The position numbers and the translations under genes were made by a program. From positions 992,001 to 1,056,000 of the forward strand of contig CBDCNP010000002.1 in assembly GCA_965219415.1 (NCBI GenBank): a stretch of 64,000 nucleotides of DNA, in the 5' to 3' direction. Positions within the stretch are counted from its first letter, which is position 1. Each line of letters starts with the position of its first letter. Below the pieces are notes generated by a model, which saw only the letters and a list, made by a program, of their open reading frames with translations, ran no database searches and was not told where the DNA came from. This document shows positions 30,388-40,597 of the stretch, piece after piece. This stretch comes from Candidatus Marinacidobacterales bacterium. Its GTDB lineage: Bacteria; Acidobacteriota; Vicinamibacteria; Marinacidobacterales; DATDRI01.

Positions 30388-31374
30388 ATGACAGGACACG
30401 ACTCAGAGGCTGACCTCACGCTGACGCGCGCCGACTTCGACAGAGCCCATAAGAACGTGGCACCCCACGTTTACCACACACCTCTGCTCACCTCTCGCTC
30501 GCTCAGCGAGGCCACCGGGTTCGACATTCGCTTGAAGGCCGAGATGTTTCAGAAGGGCGGGTCGTACAAGGTTCGAGGGCCGACGCACAAGATCGCTCGA
30601 CTCACGGAGGCCGAGCGCGCACGGGGCGTCATTTGTTCTTCGGCCGGCAACCATTCGCAGGGAGTCGCGATCGCGGCGCGGCAGTACGGCGTGAAGGCGA
30701 TCGTCGTGATGGCGAAAAATGCCACTCCTTCCAAGATCGCGGCCACCAAGGGCTACGGGGCCGAGGTTGTGCTCCACGGGAGCATATGGGACGAGGCCAA
30801 CGAGAAGGCGCTGGAGCTGGTCGAGGAGCGGGGCCTTACGTACATTCACCCCTTCGACGATCCGGACCTGATCGCCGGGCAAGGCACTGTCGGACTGGAG
30901 ATCCTCGAGGACTTTCCCGAGGTGGAGCTCGTGATCGTCCCCATCGGCGGGGGTGGTTTGATCTCCGGTGTTTCGATGGCACTGAAGAGTAGCAAGCCGG
31001 ACATCCGTGTGATCGGGGTCGAATCGTCCGGTGCACCGGCCATGAAGAAGAGCGTCGAAGCGGGCCATCTCATCACGTTGAGCCAGGTCGAATGCATCAT
31101 CGATGGACTGCGCGTGAAGACAGTCGGCGAGAACACACGGTCAGTGGTCTCCCGTTTTGTGGACGAGATCGTCACCCTACCCGATGCCCAGATTTTCGAA
31201 GCGGTGCTCTGGTTGATGTCCCGGACGAAGCTCGTCACCGAGGGGGCAGCAGCCGCCCCGGTCGGCGCGCTTCTCCAGGGATTGATCAAGGCCTCTCCCG
31301 AGACCAAGGTCGTTTGCGTGCTGAGCGGAGGTAATCTCGACGTCGAGCAGCTCCGTGGGCTCAGCTGGAACTGA
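30388..31374 (+). CDS. PLP-dependent threonine/serine dehydratase (short form, no ACT domain)
   Basis: GSYKVRG, SSAGNHSQG, PIGGGGLISG, LSGGN. Confidence 0.92.
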   Translation: MTGHDSEADLTLTRADFDRAHKNVAPHVYHTPLLTSRSLSEATGFDIRLKAEMFQKGGSYKVRGPTHKIARLTEAERARGVICSSAGNHSQGVAIAARQYGVKAIVVMAKNATPSKIAATKGYGAEVVLHGSIWDEANEKALELVEERGLTYIHPFDDPDLIAGQGTVGLEILEDFPEVELVIVPIGGGGLISGVSMALKSSKPDIRVIGVESSGAPAMKKSVEAGHLITLSQVECIIDGLRVKTVGENTRSVVSRFVDEIVTLPDAQIFEAVLWLMSRTKLVTEGAAAAPVGALLQGLIKASPETKVVCVLSGGNLDVEQLRGLSWN

Positions 31375-31459
31375 TCGGAACCATGTCGGGGGTAGTGAAT
31401 TCCTGTAGGTTTGAGCGGTCTTATGGTCGCGTATTCTTCTTGTAGGATAGGTTCCGAGC

Positions 31460-32587
31460 ATGAAACCTCTTACAGCGATTAGCTTCGCGTTTATTGCAAC
31501 GCTCACCACCACCGGTGTGACTGCACAGCAAGTGCGCCCTCCTCTTGCTCTCGAGGACGGATGGACCACCGCTTCCCCTCGAAGCAAAGGTCTCGATGAA
31601 GCTCCGCTTGTGCGACTGACGACGGACGTCCGCTCTGGAAGCTTCCGCAGAATCACCAGTGTCCTGGTGGCCTACGACGGTGTACTGGTCTACGAGGAGT
31701 ACTTCGATGACGCCGGCCGCCCTGCCTTGCGTGGCACGCGATCCGCGACCAAGACCATAACCGGCATGCTCGTCGGAGTGGCCGTCGATCAAGGACTCCT
31801 TGCGGGCGTCGACGCGCGCGTCACGTCGTTCTTTCCTGACAAAGCACCGGTGCAGAACCCTGACCCGCGCAAGGAGCGAATAACGGTCGAGGATCTCTTG
31901 ACCATGAGTTCCCTCCTGGAATGCGATGACTGGAACAGCTTCTCGCGCGGTAACGAGGAGAGGATGTACCTGATCGAGGACTGGGTACAGTTCACGCTCG
32001 ATCTTCCAATCAAGGGATTCCCGCCTTGGGCGACGCGCCCGGAGGACGCGTCGCACGGTCGCAGCTTCAGCTATTGCACGGCCGGAGTCTTTACTCTTGG
32101 GGCGTTGCTATCTCGAGCCACGGATCAACCCGTGCCCGCCTTCGCCCAGCGCCATCTGTTCGATGCACTTGGCATCGAACAGTCGCAGTGGCCGTACTCT
32201 CCCCTCGGTCTGGCACAAACGGGTGGAGGTCTTGAGTTGTCTTCCCGGGATCTCCTGAAGCTAGGACAACTGTATGCGAACGGTGGCCGATGGCATGCGC
32301 TTCAGGTCGTTTCTCCGAATTGGGTGCGTCGCTCGACGCAGCCGCACGTGCGGATCGATGACGCAACCGAGTATGGGTACCTGTGGTGGCTCCGTTCATT
32401 TGAAGCGGGAGGAGCTCACCGTCCCGCGTGGTACATGTCGGGGAACGGCGGGAACAAGGCGGCGATCTTCCCCGAGGAGGAGCTCGTCGTCGTCATCACA
32501 AGTACCAACTACAATACGGCCGGGATGCATGAGCAGACGGACCGTCTGCTCACCGAGTATGTTCTGGCAAGCCTCTCGCCACGGTGA
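31460..32587 (+). CDS. Secreted serine hydrolase, beta-lactamase class C-like
   Basis: SATK (SxxK), FSYCT, YGYLWW, SGNGG. Confidence 0.88.
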   Translation: MKPLTAISFAFIATLTTTGVTAQQVRPPLALEDGWTTASPRSKGLDEAPLVRLTTDVRSGSFRRITSVLVAYDGVLVYEEYFDDAGRPALRGTRSATKTITGMLVGVAVDQGLLAGVDARVTSFFPDKAPVQNPDPRKERITVEDLLTMSSLLECDDWNSFSRGNEERMYLIEDWVQFTLDLPIKGFPPWATRPEDASHGRSFSYCTAGVFTLGALLSRATDQPVPAFAQRHLFDALGIEQSQWPYSPLGLAQTGGGLELSSRDLLKLGQLYANGGRWHALQVVSPNWVRRSTQPHVRIDDATEYGYLWWLRSFEAGGAHRPAWYMSGNGGNKAAIFPEEELVVVITSTNYNTAGMHEQTDRLLTEYVLASLSPR

Positions 32588-32601
32588 TCTAGAAGATCAC
32601 C

Positions 32602-33487
32602 TCACGACGCCGTAGCGGCCTGTTCCCGATAAACCGGTGGCCCACCGGTGACGCTCACGCGCCAGAGGAGCCTTCGCGTTTCCGGAGTCGTGGCCGGATC
32701 TTGCAACGTTGCCTTGTGGAGCGTGGAATAGGTGTCCCGCGCCGCGATATCGCCGACGGCGTAGTCATGGCTGGTCAGGAACTGCGGCTGCAGGACGTGG
32801 GCCTTGAGCTCGTCGAGCAGGTCCAAGGCCTCATCGTCGGGCATCCCGACGATGCCGAACGAGCTTCCGGCAACGCCGTAGAGCGACTTGCGTCCCGTGA
32901 CATGGTGACGCTGGACCAAGGGGTGGAATACGTTCTTCACGTTTTTCTTTTGTTCCGGCGTGAGCCTTCTCCGCCGAGGTCCGAGAGTTCTCATCCATGT
33001 CGGCGCGATTGCCATAGTGGTGAAGGACCGTCATGTCGTCGATGCGTTTCTTCATGGAGTCCGCCAAGGCATCGTACGCGCCGAACGTGTCGGCAAAATT
33101 AGTCGGGCATTCCCCGTTTGGGCATTCGATCGCGTAAACGATGGTGGAGCTGTTCGGCGGATCGCGGTAGGCGACGTCGGTATGCCAGAATGCGGCCCCC
33201 TCGAAAACGCCAAGGGGTCTTCCTTCTTCGAAAACGTTCGACAGCATGAGAATTGCCGGGTGCCCTCTCAGACGGAGGTGGTTCAAGAAGTGAGGGTCCT
33301 GGCGACCGAAGCACTTGGTGAGCCCGTCGAACTGCTCGAATTCGAGCTTTTGGTTCCGGACGACGATCACCTGGTTTTTATGGAAGACGTCGAAGAACTC
33401 CCTTTGGGCGTGGTCGTCCATGGGCTGAGAGAGGTCGACGCCCAAGATCTCGACGCCGAAGGGACCGGGTAAAGGTTTTGCCTCCAA
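32602..33487 (-). pseudogene. TauD/TfdA Fe(II)/2-oxoglutarate dioxygenase, +1 frameshift near 32965
   Basis: WHTD, TNFAD, HPLV..H..TGRKSLY, LHKA, RLLWR; extra G in GAG AAG G CTC. Confidence 0.85.
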
Positions 33488-33617
33488 CGTAACGTTCCTC
33501 CCACGCTTAGAAGGACTGGCCAGGACACTCCACCGAACTTGACGAAACGACAACAATATTACTAGTCTGAGCTACTATGAATGTCAAGATCGTCCAGGCT
33601 GACGAAAGGCATCACCG

Positions 33618-34394
33618 ATGAGACTGACGACGTCTCGAATCAGGGAAATGAAGGGCACCAAACCGATCGTGATGGTGACGGCGTACGATGCCTGGATGGC
33701 GGGCGTGGTCGATGGCGCGGTGGACACAATACTGGTCGGGGATTCCCTCGGGATCGTGGTGCAGGGCCACAGCAACACGCTACCCGTCACGCTGGACGAA
33801 ACGATCTATCACACCAGGATGGTCATGCGGGGCTCTCAACACGCTATGGTAATTGCCGACCTTCCTTTCATGAGCTACCAAGCGACCGTCGATGACGCGG
33901 TTCGTTCCGGCGGGCGCTGTCTAAAGGAAGGTGGCGCGCAAGCGGTGAAGGTCGAAGGCGGGCAAACCATCCTCGCACAAGTGCGGGCGATGGTAGGACA
34001 TGGCATTCCCGTGGTCGGACACCTCGGGCTGACACCTCAGTCGGTCAACGTCCTCGACGGATTCACTCAACAGGGGGGCACCGAGTCCGCCGCGAACGAG
34101 ATCGTCGAGAGCGCTCGGGCTCTCGACGATGCGGGGATCTTCATGCTCGTCTTGGAGGCCGTGCCAGATGAAGTCGCGCAAAGGGTAACTAAGGAAGTAT
34201 CGGTACCCACGATCGGAATCGGAGCCGGGCCTCATTGTGACGGGCAGGTTCAGGTTTTTCACGACCTCTTTGCACTACGCCCGACTCCGACGGGCGATTG
34301 GGCCCGCAGTTATGTCGACGCGGGCCAGCAACTCCGTCAAACGATCGCGCAATACGCGGAGGAAGTGCGGAGCGGTGCGTTCGCCGCTCGCTAA
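33618..34394 (+). CDS. panB: 3-methyl-2-oxobutanoate hydroxymethyltransferase
   Basis: TAYD, LVGDSLG, DLPFMSY, VKVEGG, HLGLTPQS, IGIGAG..CDGQV. Confidence 0.96.
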   Translation: MRLTTSRIREMKGTKPIVMVTAYDAWMAGVVDGAVDTILVGDSLGIVVQGHSNTLPVTLDETIYHTRMVMRGSQHAMVIADLPFMSYQATVDDAVRSGGRCLKEGGAQAVKVEGGQTILAQVRAMVGHGIPVVGHLGLTPQSVNVLDGFTQQGGTESAANEIVESARALDDAGIFMLVLEAVPDEVAQRVTKEVSVPTIGIGAGPHCDGQVQVFHDLFALRPTPTGDWARSYVDAGQQLRQTIAQYAEEVRSGAFAAR

Positions 34395-34480
34395 GCTGTA
34401 AGAGCTCTCGCCTCTCTCCGAGAGACATCTTGTAATCCCCACACTTGTTTCTCCACCGGCGTTCGTGTACATGGACGGAC

Positions 34481-35803
34481 ATGGAGAAGAACCGGGAGTT
34501 CTTTGGCACACGGCTTGGCTTCGTGCTCGCGGCGGCGGGGAGCGCCGTCGGGCTCGGGAACATGTGGCGGTTTCCCTACCAAACAGCCGAAGGAGGCGGT
34601 GCCGCCTTCGTTTTGCTGTACATTCTTATGACCTTTCTCATCGGTGTGCCGATCATGGCGGCGGAGTTCGCGGTTGGGCGGCGGAGCCGGCTTTCTCCCA
34701 TCGGCGCCCTTCGGAAGCTCGGTGGCGTTCGTTGGGTTCCACTTGGCTGGCTCCTCACTTTCACACCGCTCGTCATCCTGGCTTACTTTTCCGTCGTGTG
34801 CGGCTGGTCGCTAAGGTACGCCTTGGACGCGCTCGGGGGGTTCGCCTCTTCGCCCGGCGATCGGTATGCCGAGGTGTCGACCGGGCTCCCCGCCATCGAG
34901 TTCCACCTCATTTTGATGGCGGTGACCATCTTGATCGTCATGGCGGGCGTGCGGAAGGGGATCGAACGAGCCGGCCTCATCTTGATGCCCACCCTCTTCA
35001 TCATCCTCATCGGCCTGACGCTGTGGGCGGCCACTCTCTCGGGTTCCGATCAGGGTTACGCATTCTACCTACGGCCATCCCTCGATGCGCTCCTGGATCC
35101 TGCGGTTTTCCAGCAGGCCGCGGGCCAGGCCTTTCTTTCGCTGAGTGTCGGCATGGGGATCATGATCACCTACGGGTCCTACCTCCCGCGCCGGGAAAAC
35201 GTCAATCAGGAAGCGGTCCTGGTCTCACTCTCCGACTTCTCGGTGGCATTTATCGCCGGCCTCATCGTCTTTCCGGTGATCTTTGCCCTCGGTCTCTCCG
35301 ATCAGGTGGGCGACAGCACGATTGGCACGCTCTTCATCTCACTCCCCGGGGCTTTTTATGAGATGGGGACAGGGGGCCGGGTGGTGGGCTTTGTCTTCTT
35401 CGTCGCCCTGGTGGTGGCAGGGCTTACCTCTTCATTCTCGCTCTTGGAGGTGGGCACGGCTTCGTTCATGGACGAGTTCAAGCTTTCGCGGAAGACGGCG
35501 GCGGCCATCGCCGGCATCGGCGCCGCCATTGCCGGTCTTTTTCCCGCCCTGTCTCAGAACACCCTCGGGGTATTGGACAAGGTCGTGGGTGAGCTTCTCG
35601 TAGTGGCAGGCGTTCTAGGGGTGGCGCTCTTCATCGGGTGGGCCATGGAGCATCCGGAGTCCGAGCTCTTGGAAGGAACGTCGCCGCTCTTTCGTCGACT
35701 CGTTCCCGTTGCGATGTTCTTGTTGCGCTATGTGATTCCCCCGTTCATCGGCGTGGTGTTGTGGTTCAGCTTCAAAGACACGGTCGCGCTCGTGTTCGAT
35801 TGA
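34481..35803 (+). CDS. Sodium-dependent transporter, NSS/SNF family
   Basis: AAGSAVGLGNMWRFPY, GGGAAF, QAFLSLSVGMG. Confidence 0.93.
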   Translation: MEKNREFFGTRLGFVLAAAGSAVGLGNMWRFPYQTAEGGGAAFVLLYILMTFLIGVPIMAAEFAVGRRSRLSPIGALRKLGGVRWVPLGWLLTFTPLVILAYFSVVCGWSLRYALDALGGFASSPGDRYAEVSTGLPAIEFHLILMAVTILIVMAGVRKGIERAGLILMPTLFIILIGLTLWAATLSGSDQGYAFYLRPSLDALLDPAVFQQAAGQAFLSLSVGMGIMITYGSYLPRRENVNQEAVLVSLSDFSVAFIAGLIVFPVIFALGLSDQVGDSTIGTLFISLPGAFYEMGTGGRVVGFVFFVALVVAGLTSSFSLLEVGTASFMDEFKLSRKTAAAIAGIGAAIAGLFPALSQNTLGVLDKVVGELLVVAGVLGVALFIGWAMEHPESELLEGTSPLFRRLVPVAMFLLRYVIPPFIGVVLWFSFKDTVALVFD

Positions 35804-35822
35804 ATGGGGGGGTTGAGAGAAT

Positions 35823-37359
35823 TCAGGCGGTATCAATGTGTTCCGCCAAGCGCGCCGCGAGAGCGCCCACTGTGAGTGTCGGGTTCGTCGCCGTCACATT
35901 GGGATACACGGCATTCGAGCACACATACAAGTTGTCAGTACCGTGAACGCGTAGGTTCTCGTCGACCACCCCCTCCGTGTCCGAGCTACTCATTCGACAG
36001 GTCGATGCGGCATGCGCACCGGTTGGCCCGCCAATTTCAACGTTGATACTGTCTTCATCGCAGCCCGCCGCCTTCAAAATCTCGATCAGGTTCTGTGCAT
36101 ACGATTGGTGGGTCTTCTTAGTAACTTCATTGACACCAAAATCTATTCTCGTACCACGCAGCCGAACTTGGCCGTATCGGCGCCGAGACTGACTCTGTTT
36201 TCGGGGCTCTCGAACTGTTCAAGCGAGGCATAGAATGCCAAATGCATGCCCGATGCCATTTTGGCGTCGATCTCAGACCGTGACGAGTTGGCCAAAATTT
36301 CTCCTGTCAGACGCGTCTTGCTCTCATCCCCAACCCGGGCAATCAGCATCTTGCCTTTCCTCTGATATTTCGGTGTATCGAAATGCCGGCAAGCCAAGGT
36401 GACGAAGCTAAGTTCCTGCTCGATTTTTTCGGGATTCCCCGGTCGGAAACCCTCAGCGTAGAGAAGTGGATGGCCGAGTAGATGGCGGCCGACATGCCCC
36501 GAATCATTGCCAATACCCTCCGTCCAATCCGCATTGGCAGAGGCCAACAGTAGTTTGGTCGACTCGACCGTACCGCTGCACAAAGCGACGCAGTCCCCTT
36601 CCGTCGATTCCGTGGCGCCCGTTCTGCGATTCAAGAAGCGGACTCCCCGCGACTTTTTCTTACCATCCATCAGTACGCTCACTACCGGGGCTTCCGTCCG
36701 TATATCCAGTTTGCTGCCATGTTCGTCTTTTAGTTGAGCCAGATATCGATTGCAGCAGAGTATCGGGCGTTGACGGGGCAATACCGGCACGTGCCGGTGG
36801 TCACACACTTATCGCCGTTCCTCGCCATCGGCATGTGTGAGTACGACATGCCCAGCTTCTCGAGCGCCTCGATGACAGGCATGTCGTTCAATGTGTAGGG
36901 AGCCGCCGGGAACGGAAACCGGTCACCATACCGTGGCGGGTCATCGTCATCCGAGTCCCCCTCGATTCCCATCAGAGACTCCGCTTGCGTATAAAACGGC
37001 GCCAGCTCGTCATAGGTAATGGGCCAGTCGGCGCCAACTCCGGTTCGGGATTTCAGCTCGAAGTCTTCGGGTTTGAAGCGCAGGCTCCACCCACCCCAGT
37101 GATTGGTGGTGCCACCCTTCACGAAAAGCCTCGAACCCCGAAGTGGCAGTCGTTCGTTTTCCGTCCGCGGATCTTCCCAAAACGCATCCCAAGGGTTCGC
37201 GTGCGCCATCAGGTGATCGAGCCATTTGCGGTGGCTGACCGCCCCGATATCGGGGCCCGCCTCGAACATCGTAATTTGATAGTTCTTTTTCGTTTCGAGG
37301 AGCCGTCTCGCCAGCAATGCACCGGCCACGCCCGAACCGACGATAAGGACGGATTTCAT
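35823..37359 (-). pseudogene. GMC-family flavoprotein oxidoreductase, two frameshifts
   Basis: GSGVAG, GGTTNHWGG, C-x4-C-x2-CP, AHAASTCRM, NPTLT; AT duplication near 36744 and 1-bp loss near 36160. Confidence 0.88.
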
Positions 37360-37361
37360 CT

Positions 37362-37952
37362 CTAGCGGTTCCCTCGCCTATAGCTCGTAGGTTCCGTGTA
37401 GGCGCCGCCGAAATAGCCGGTGTAGTTCCACAGACCGAAACTCTTGAACCCACCCGATATTGGAATCTGGTGGGTGACGATTTCAGAGAAGACGAACTTC
37501 CTCGCGCGTCCTAGTTTCGTATGAGAAAAACTGTCGCCGTCGAACTCCGAGAACAGGAGGGATGCCCAGGCTTGTTCGACGCTTTCACTTTTGCGAACCA
37601 GCAAGTTGATCAGCTCGACTGCATTCTCATATTCCGTCAGATAGCTGGGCTCTTCTTCCGTCTTGAAACCGAGATCGGCTCTTAGTTGCTGTAGATAGTC
37701 GTCCAGATTCGCCTTCAGTTCCCATACCTGGTCAACGTAGCGGCACAGCGTCGACAAGGTGTCGAAGTCCGCCTGTTTCAATGTACCGGTCCGTGTCTCA
37801 TCGACGGGCAGGTCGGAATCACTCACGAACTCCAGCAATCGGCCGGCATCGTCATCACCCAGCTCGACACATCCAAACGGCAGGGCGGCTAATACGCCGG
37901 CGGAAAGCCCCATTTTGAGGAGTTGACGTCTATCGATCCTCAAAGTGTTCAT
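37362..37952 (-). CDS. Tat lipoprotein, probable small subunit of the GMC dehydrogenase
   Basis: DRRQLLK..LPFGC; C-terminal GFKSFGLWNYTGYFGG; directly upstream of the GMC gene. Confidence 0.65.
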   Translation of the reverse strand: MNTLRIDRRQLLKMGLSAGVLAALPFGCVELGDDDAGRLLEFVSDSDLPVDETRTGTLKQADFDTLSTLCRYVDQVWELKANLDDYLQQLRADLGFKTEEEPSYLTEYENAVELINLLVRKSESVEQAWASLLFSEFDGDSFSHTKLGRARKFVFSEIVTHQIPISGGFKSFGLWNYTGYFGGAYTEPTSYRRGNR

Positions 37953-38037
37953 ATTCGACTCCTTCTTTTGTCAAGGGTTCTAGCGAACTAGGACCATTTC
38001 CTCGTCGACAGGAGACAGGTACTCGACTCCGTTATGG

Positions 38038-39117
38038 GTGACGATGGCGTTGTCTTCGAAATTGATGCTGATGCGCCTTTGGCTGGCACTGCTCCTAGTC
38101 GCGGAAGTCGTCTGCGCGCAGACACCCTCCGATCAGATTCCCTTCAAGCTTGGCACCTTCGAGCTCGAAGGCCGTCAGTTCGTGGGTGCGGTCGTTCGAG
38201 ACTCAACCGTCGTCGATCTCTCGAAGGCCAGTGAACTCCTCATAGCTCTGGACATGAGGGAGTTGATCGAGCGCTACGAACTCGACGGCCTGCGGCAACG
38301 AGTCTATCAGATAGTGAACGAAGTCGATCGCGCTTCCCGAACCGGGGAAGCGCTGGCTTACGTCCACGACCTCGACTCACTCGAAATTCGACCGCCGATC
38401 GTGTATCCGGAGACCATGCTCAACGCCGCCGTCAACTACAAGGCGCATCAAGAGGAGATGGCGTCGCGCAGAGAGGTGCCTGATCCCTCGGACGCCGAAG
38501 CCCCCGAATCCATTCCGTACATCTGGGAGCGGAAGCCCGGCGACACCCGGCACAACCCCTATCTTTTCCCGAAGCCGAGGACGGCGATCATCGCCGACGG
38601 CGAGAGTATCCGCATGGCTCCCGGCCGCGACGAGTTAGACTGGGAATGCGAGCTCGCTATCGTAATCGGCCGGCCGGCCAGCCACGTGAGCATCGAAGAA
38701 GCCAACGACCACATCTTCGGCTACACCATCGAGAATGACGTCTCCGATCGCGCTGGGCGAGGCGATGGCCGGCATGGCTCCGACTGGCTGATCGGCAAGG
38801 GACACGACACATATGCGCCCATGGGCCCCTTCATCGTTCCTAAGGAGTTCATCGCGGATCCGATGAACCTAGCGATCAAGTTCACCTTGAACGGCGAAGT
38901 GATGCAGGACTCGAATACGTCCTACATGTGGCACAGTGTCTACGAGCTGGTCCACTATGCTTCCAACATCCTGATGTTGCGGCCGGGCGACGTGGTTGCC
39001 ACCGGAAGCCCCTCGGGAGTGGGAGCCGGTCGCGATCCTCCCGTTTTCATGAAGAAGGGCGACGTAGCGGTCAGCTGGATTGAGGGCATTGGCACCCTCA
39101 CCAACAACGTTCAGTGA
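38038..39117 (+). CDS. Fumarylacetoacetate hydrolase family protein with signal peptide
   Basis: AVNY, DWECEL, ENDVSDR, GKGHDT, TGSPSGVG. Confidence 0.9.
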   Translation: MTMALSSKLMLMRLWLALLLVAEVVCAQTPSDQIPFKLGTFELEGRQFVGAVVRDSTVVDLSKASELLIALDMRELIERYELDGLRQRVYQIVNEVDRASRTGEALAYVHDLDSLEIRPPIVYPETMLNAAVNYKAHQEEMASRREVPDPSDAEAPESIPYIWERKPGDTRHNPYLFPKPRTAIIADGESIRMAPGRDELDWECELAIVIGRPASHVSIEEANDHIFGYTIENDVSDRAGRGDGRHGSDWLIGKGHDTYAPMGPFIVPKEFIADPMNLAIKFTLNGEVMQDSNTSYMWHSVYELVHYASNILMLRPGDVVATGSPSGVGAGRDPPVFMKKGDVAVSWIEGIGTLTNNVQ

Positions 39118-39450
39118 GACATGCGGGCTGTTGCTGGTTCTGACGTCAATGGGTACTACTACCCCGGCTTTCGTTTGGCAATGACGAATCTCTCATCGTG
39201 TTAAAGGGGATGTATCGGGAGTCAGCTTTCTCGACTTCAACGCTCAAAAAAAAATTCAAAAAAGCCTTGACAGCTTGCGCGCAACAAATTTCCTCGCGAT
39301 GACACCGCCTTCAAAAACATCGCTCACGTTCGCTACGCAGCGTCCTGCTGCATTGACCACGCCTTTTTTTATTTCCGTTCCTTTCGCCGACTGCGGGCGT
39401 TCTAAAACCCCAGAGTAAAATTTCGTTACTAACTCTTCGGGGGAAAGACG

Positions 39451-40535
39451 ATGCTCGAAAGATTCAAGAACTACTTCGGAAAGCTCGAACGTCTGTCTGA
39501 CGGCGAGCTGGATCGGTCCGCCTTCGCTCTTCGAGCTTCGGCGAGGCCAAGCCGAAGCCTTGGCGTAGGCTGGTCGGCGGAGAAACTGGTCTGCGCCGAG
39601 AAACAAAACGTTGCCAAGGTCATCGCCGAGATGTCGAGGCGGAAGGTCGCGCTCGAGCTCGGTTACAAGAGCACGTTTCACTACTGCGTCGAGCGGCTTC
39701 GTCTGAGCGAAGGCTCGGTCGCATCGCGAATACACGTCGCGAATGTCTCGATTCGCTTCCCTCAGCTCCTCGTCGCGCTGGCCGAGAACCGCATCAGTCT
39801 CACGGTTGCGGGACTTCTGGCGCCTCATCTGAGCGAGAACAATGTCGATAAGCTCCTTGGGGATTGCGCCGGGATGACCAAGAAGGCAGTGCTAGAGTAC
39901 CTCGTTCGCATCGAGCCCAAAGCGGTGTTCAAGCCGTCGATCCGAAGACGCCCCGCCAGGCCGCTGCCCGTGGAGCCGGCGCCAGCGCTAGCGGAAAGAC
40001 CAGCGGCCCCTCCGCGCGAGTTGACGACGGGCGATCGTCAGCTGTCGCCGAGCTCGCACAACATCCTCCAGCCAGCCCGGCCCGCCGTGTTTAACTTCAG
40101 GTTCTCGGCCAACCGGAGCTTCAAAGAGAAGTTCGAGCGACTGGCCGAAGTCATGGGCGTCGAGAATGCTCAAAAGCATATGGCGGAGATTTTGGAACAG
40201 GCTCTGGACGTTGCCCTCGATAAGAAAGATCCAAAGAGGAAGCTCGAGCGGCGGAAGGCGAGGCAAATGGCCACCAAAACCACTCCTCGTCCGGAGGAGA
40301 TGTCGGTCGCGGAACCGGCCTTCAGGTGGAACACGAGCGGCCGTTTGCCATCTTTCGCAGCCACGACGAGCGATTCCTTCGGCTTTTGTGCCCTCCCCAC
40401 AATCGCTTGGCGGCCGAACATGTCTACGGGGCGGAATTCATCCAACGGAAGATCGATAAGAGGCGGAAGATCGATGAAAGGCGGGGGCGTCGGGACGTGC
40501 TGGAGCACAAGTCACGGCTCGCTCGAGCTCCATAG
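39451..40535 (+). pseudogene. DUF222-like/HNH endonuclease, internal deletion near 40318
   Basis: LGYKSTFHYCVERLRLSEGS..RI; out-of-frame tail LQVEHERPF..LRLLCPPHNRLAAEHVYG; the first Cys-containing HNH segment is missing. Confidence 0.8.
39515..39575. repeat. Palindromic element inserted in frame in the HNH gene
   Basis: CGCCTTCGCTCTTCGAGCTTCGGCG..GCCGAAGCCTTGGCGTAGGCT flanked by GGTC direct repeats; net +57 bp. Confidence 0.75.
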
Positions 40536-40597
40536 CAGCTCGCTATCAGCAATGTCGGCGTTCCTGATTACTCGGGGCCAACAGGTTAGTTGATGTT

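Noticed and set aside
31460-32587. Antibiotic-resistance beta-lactamase
   Set aside because: The SxxK fold is shared by many esterases and peptidases; YCT and SGNGG differ from the AmpC YxN/KTG motifs
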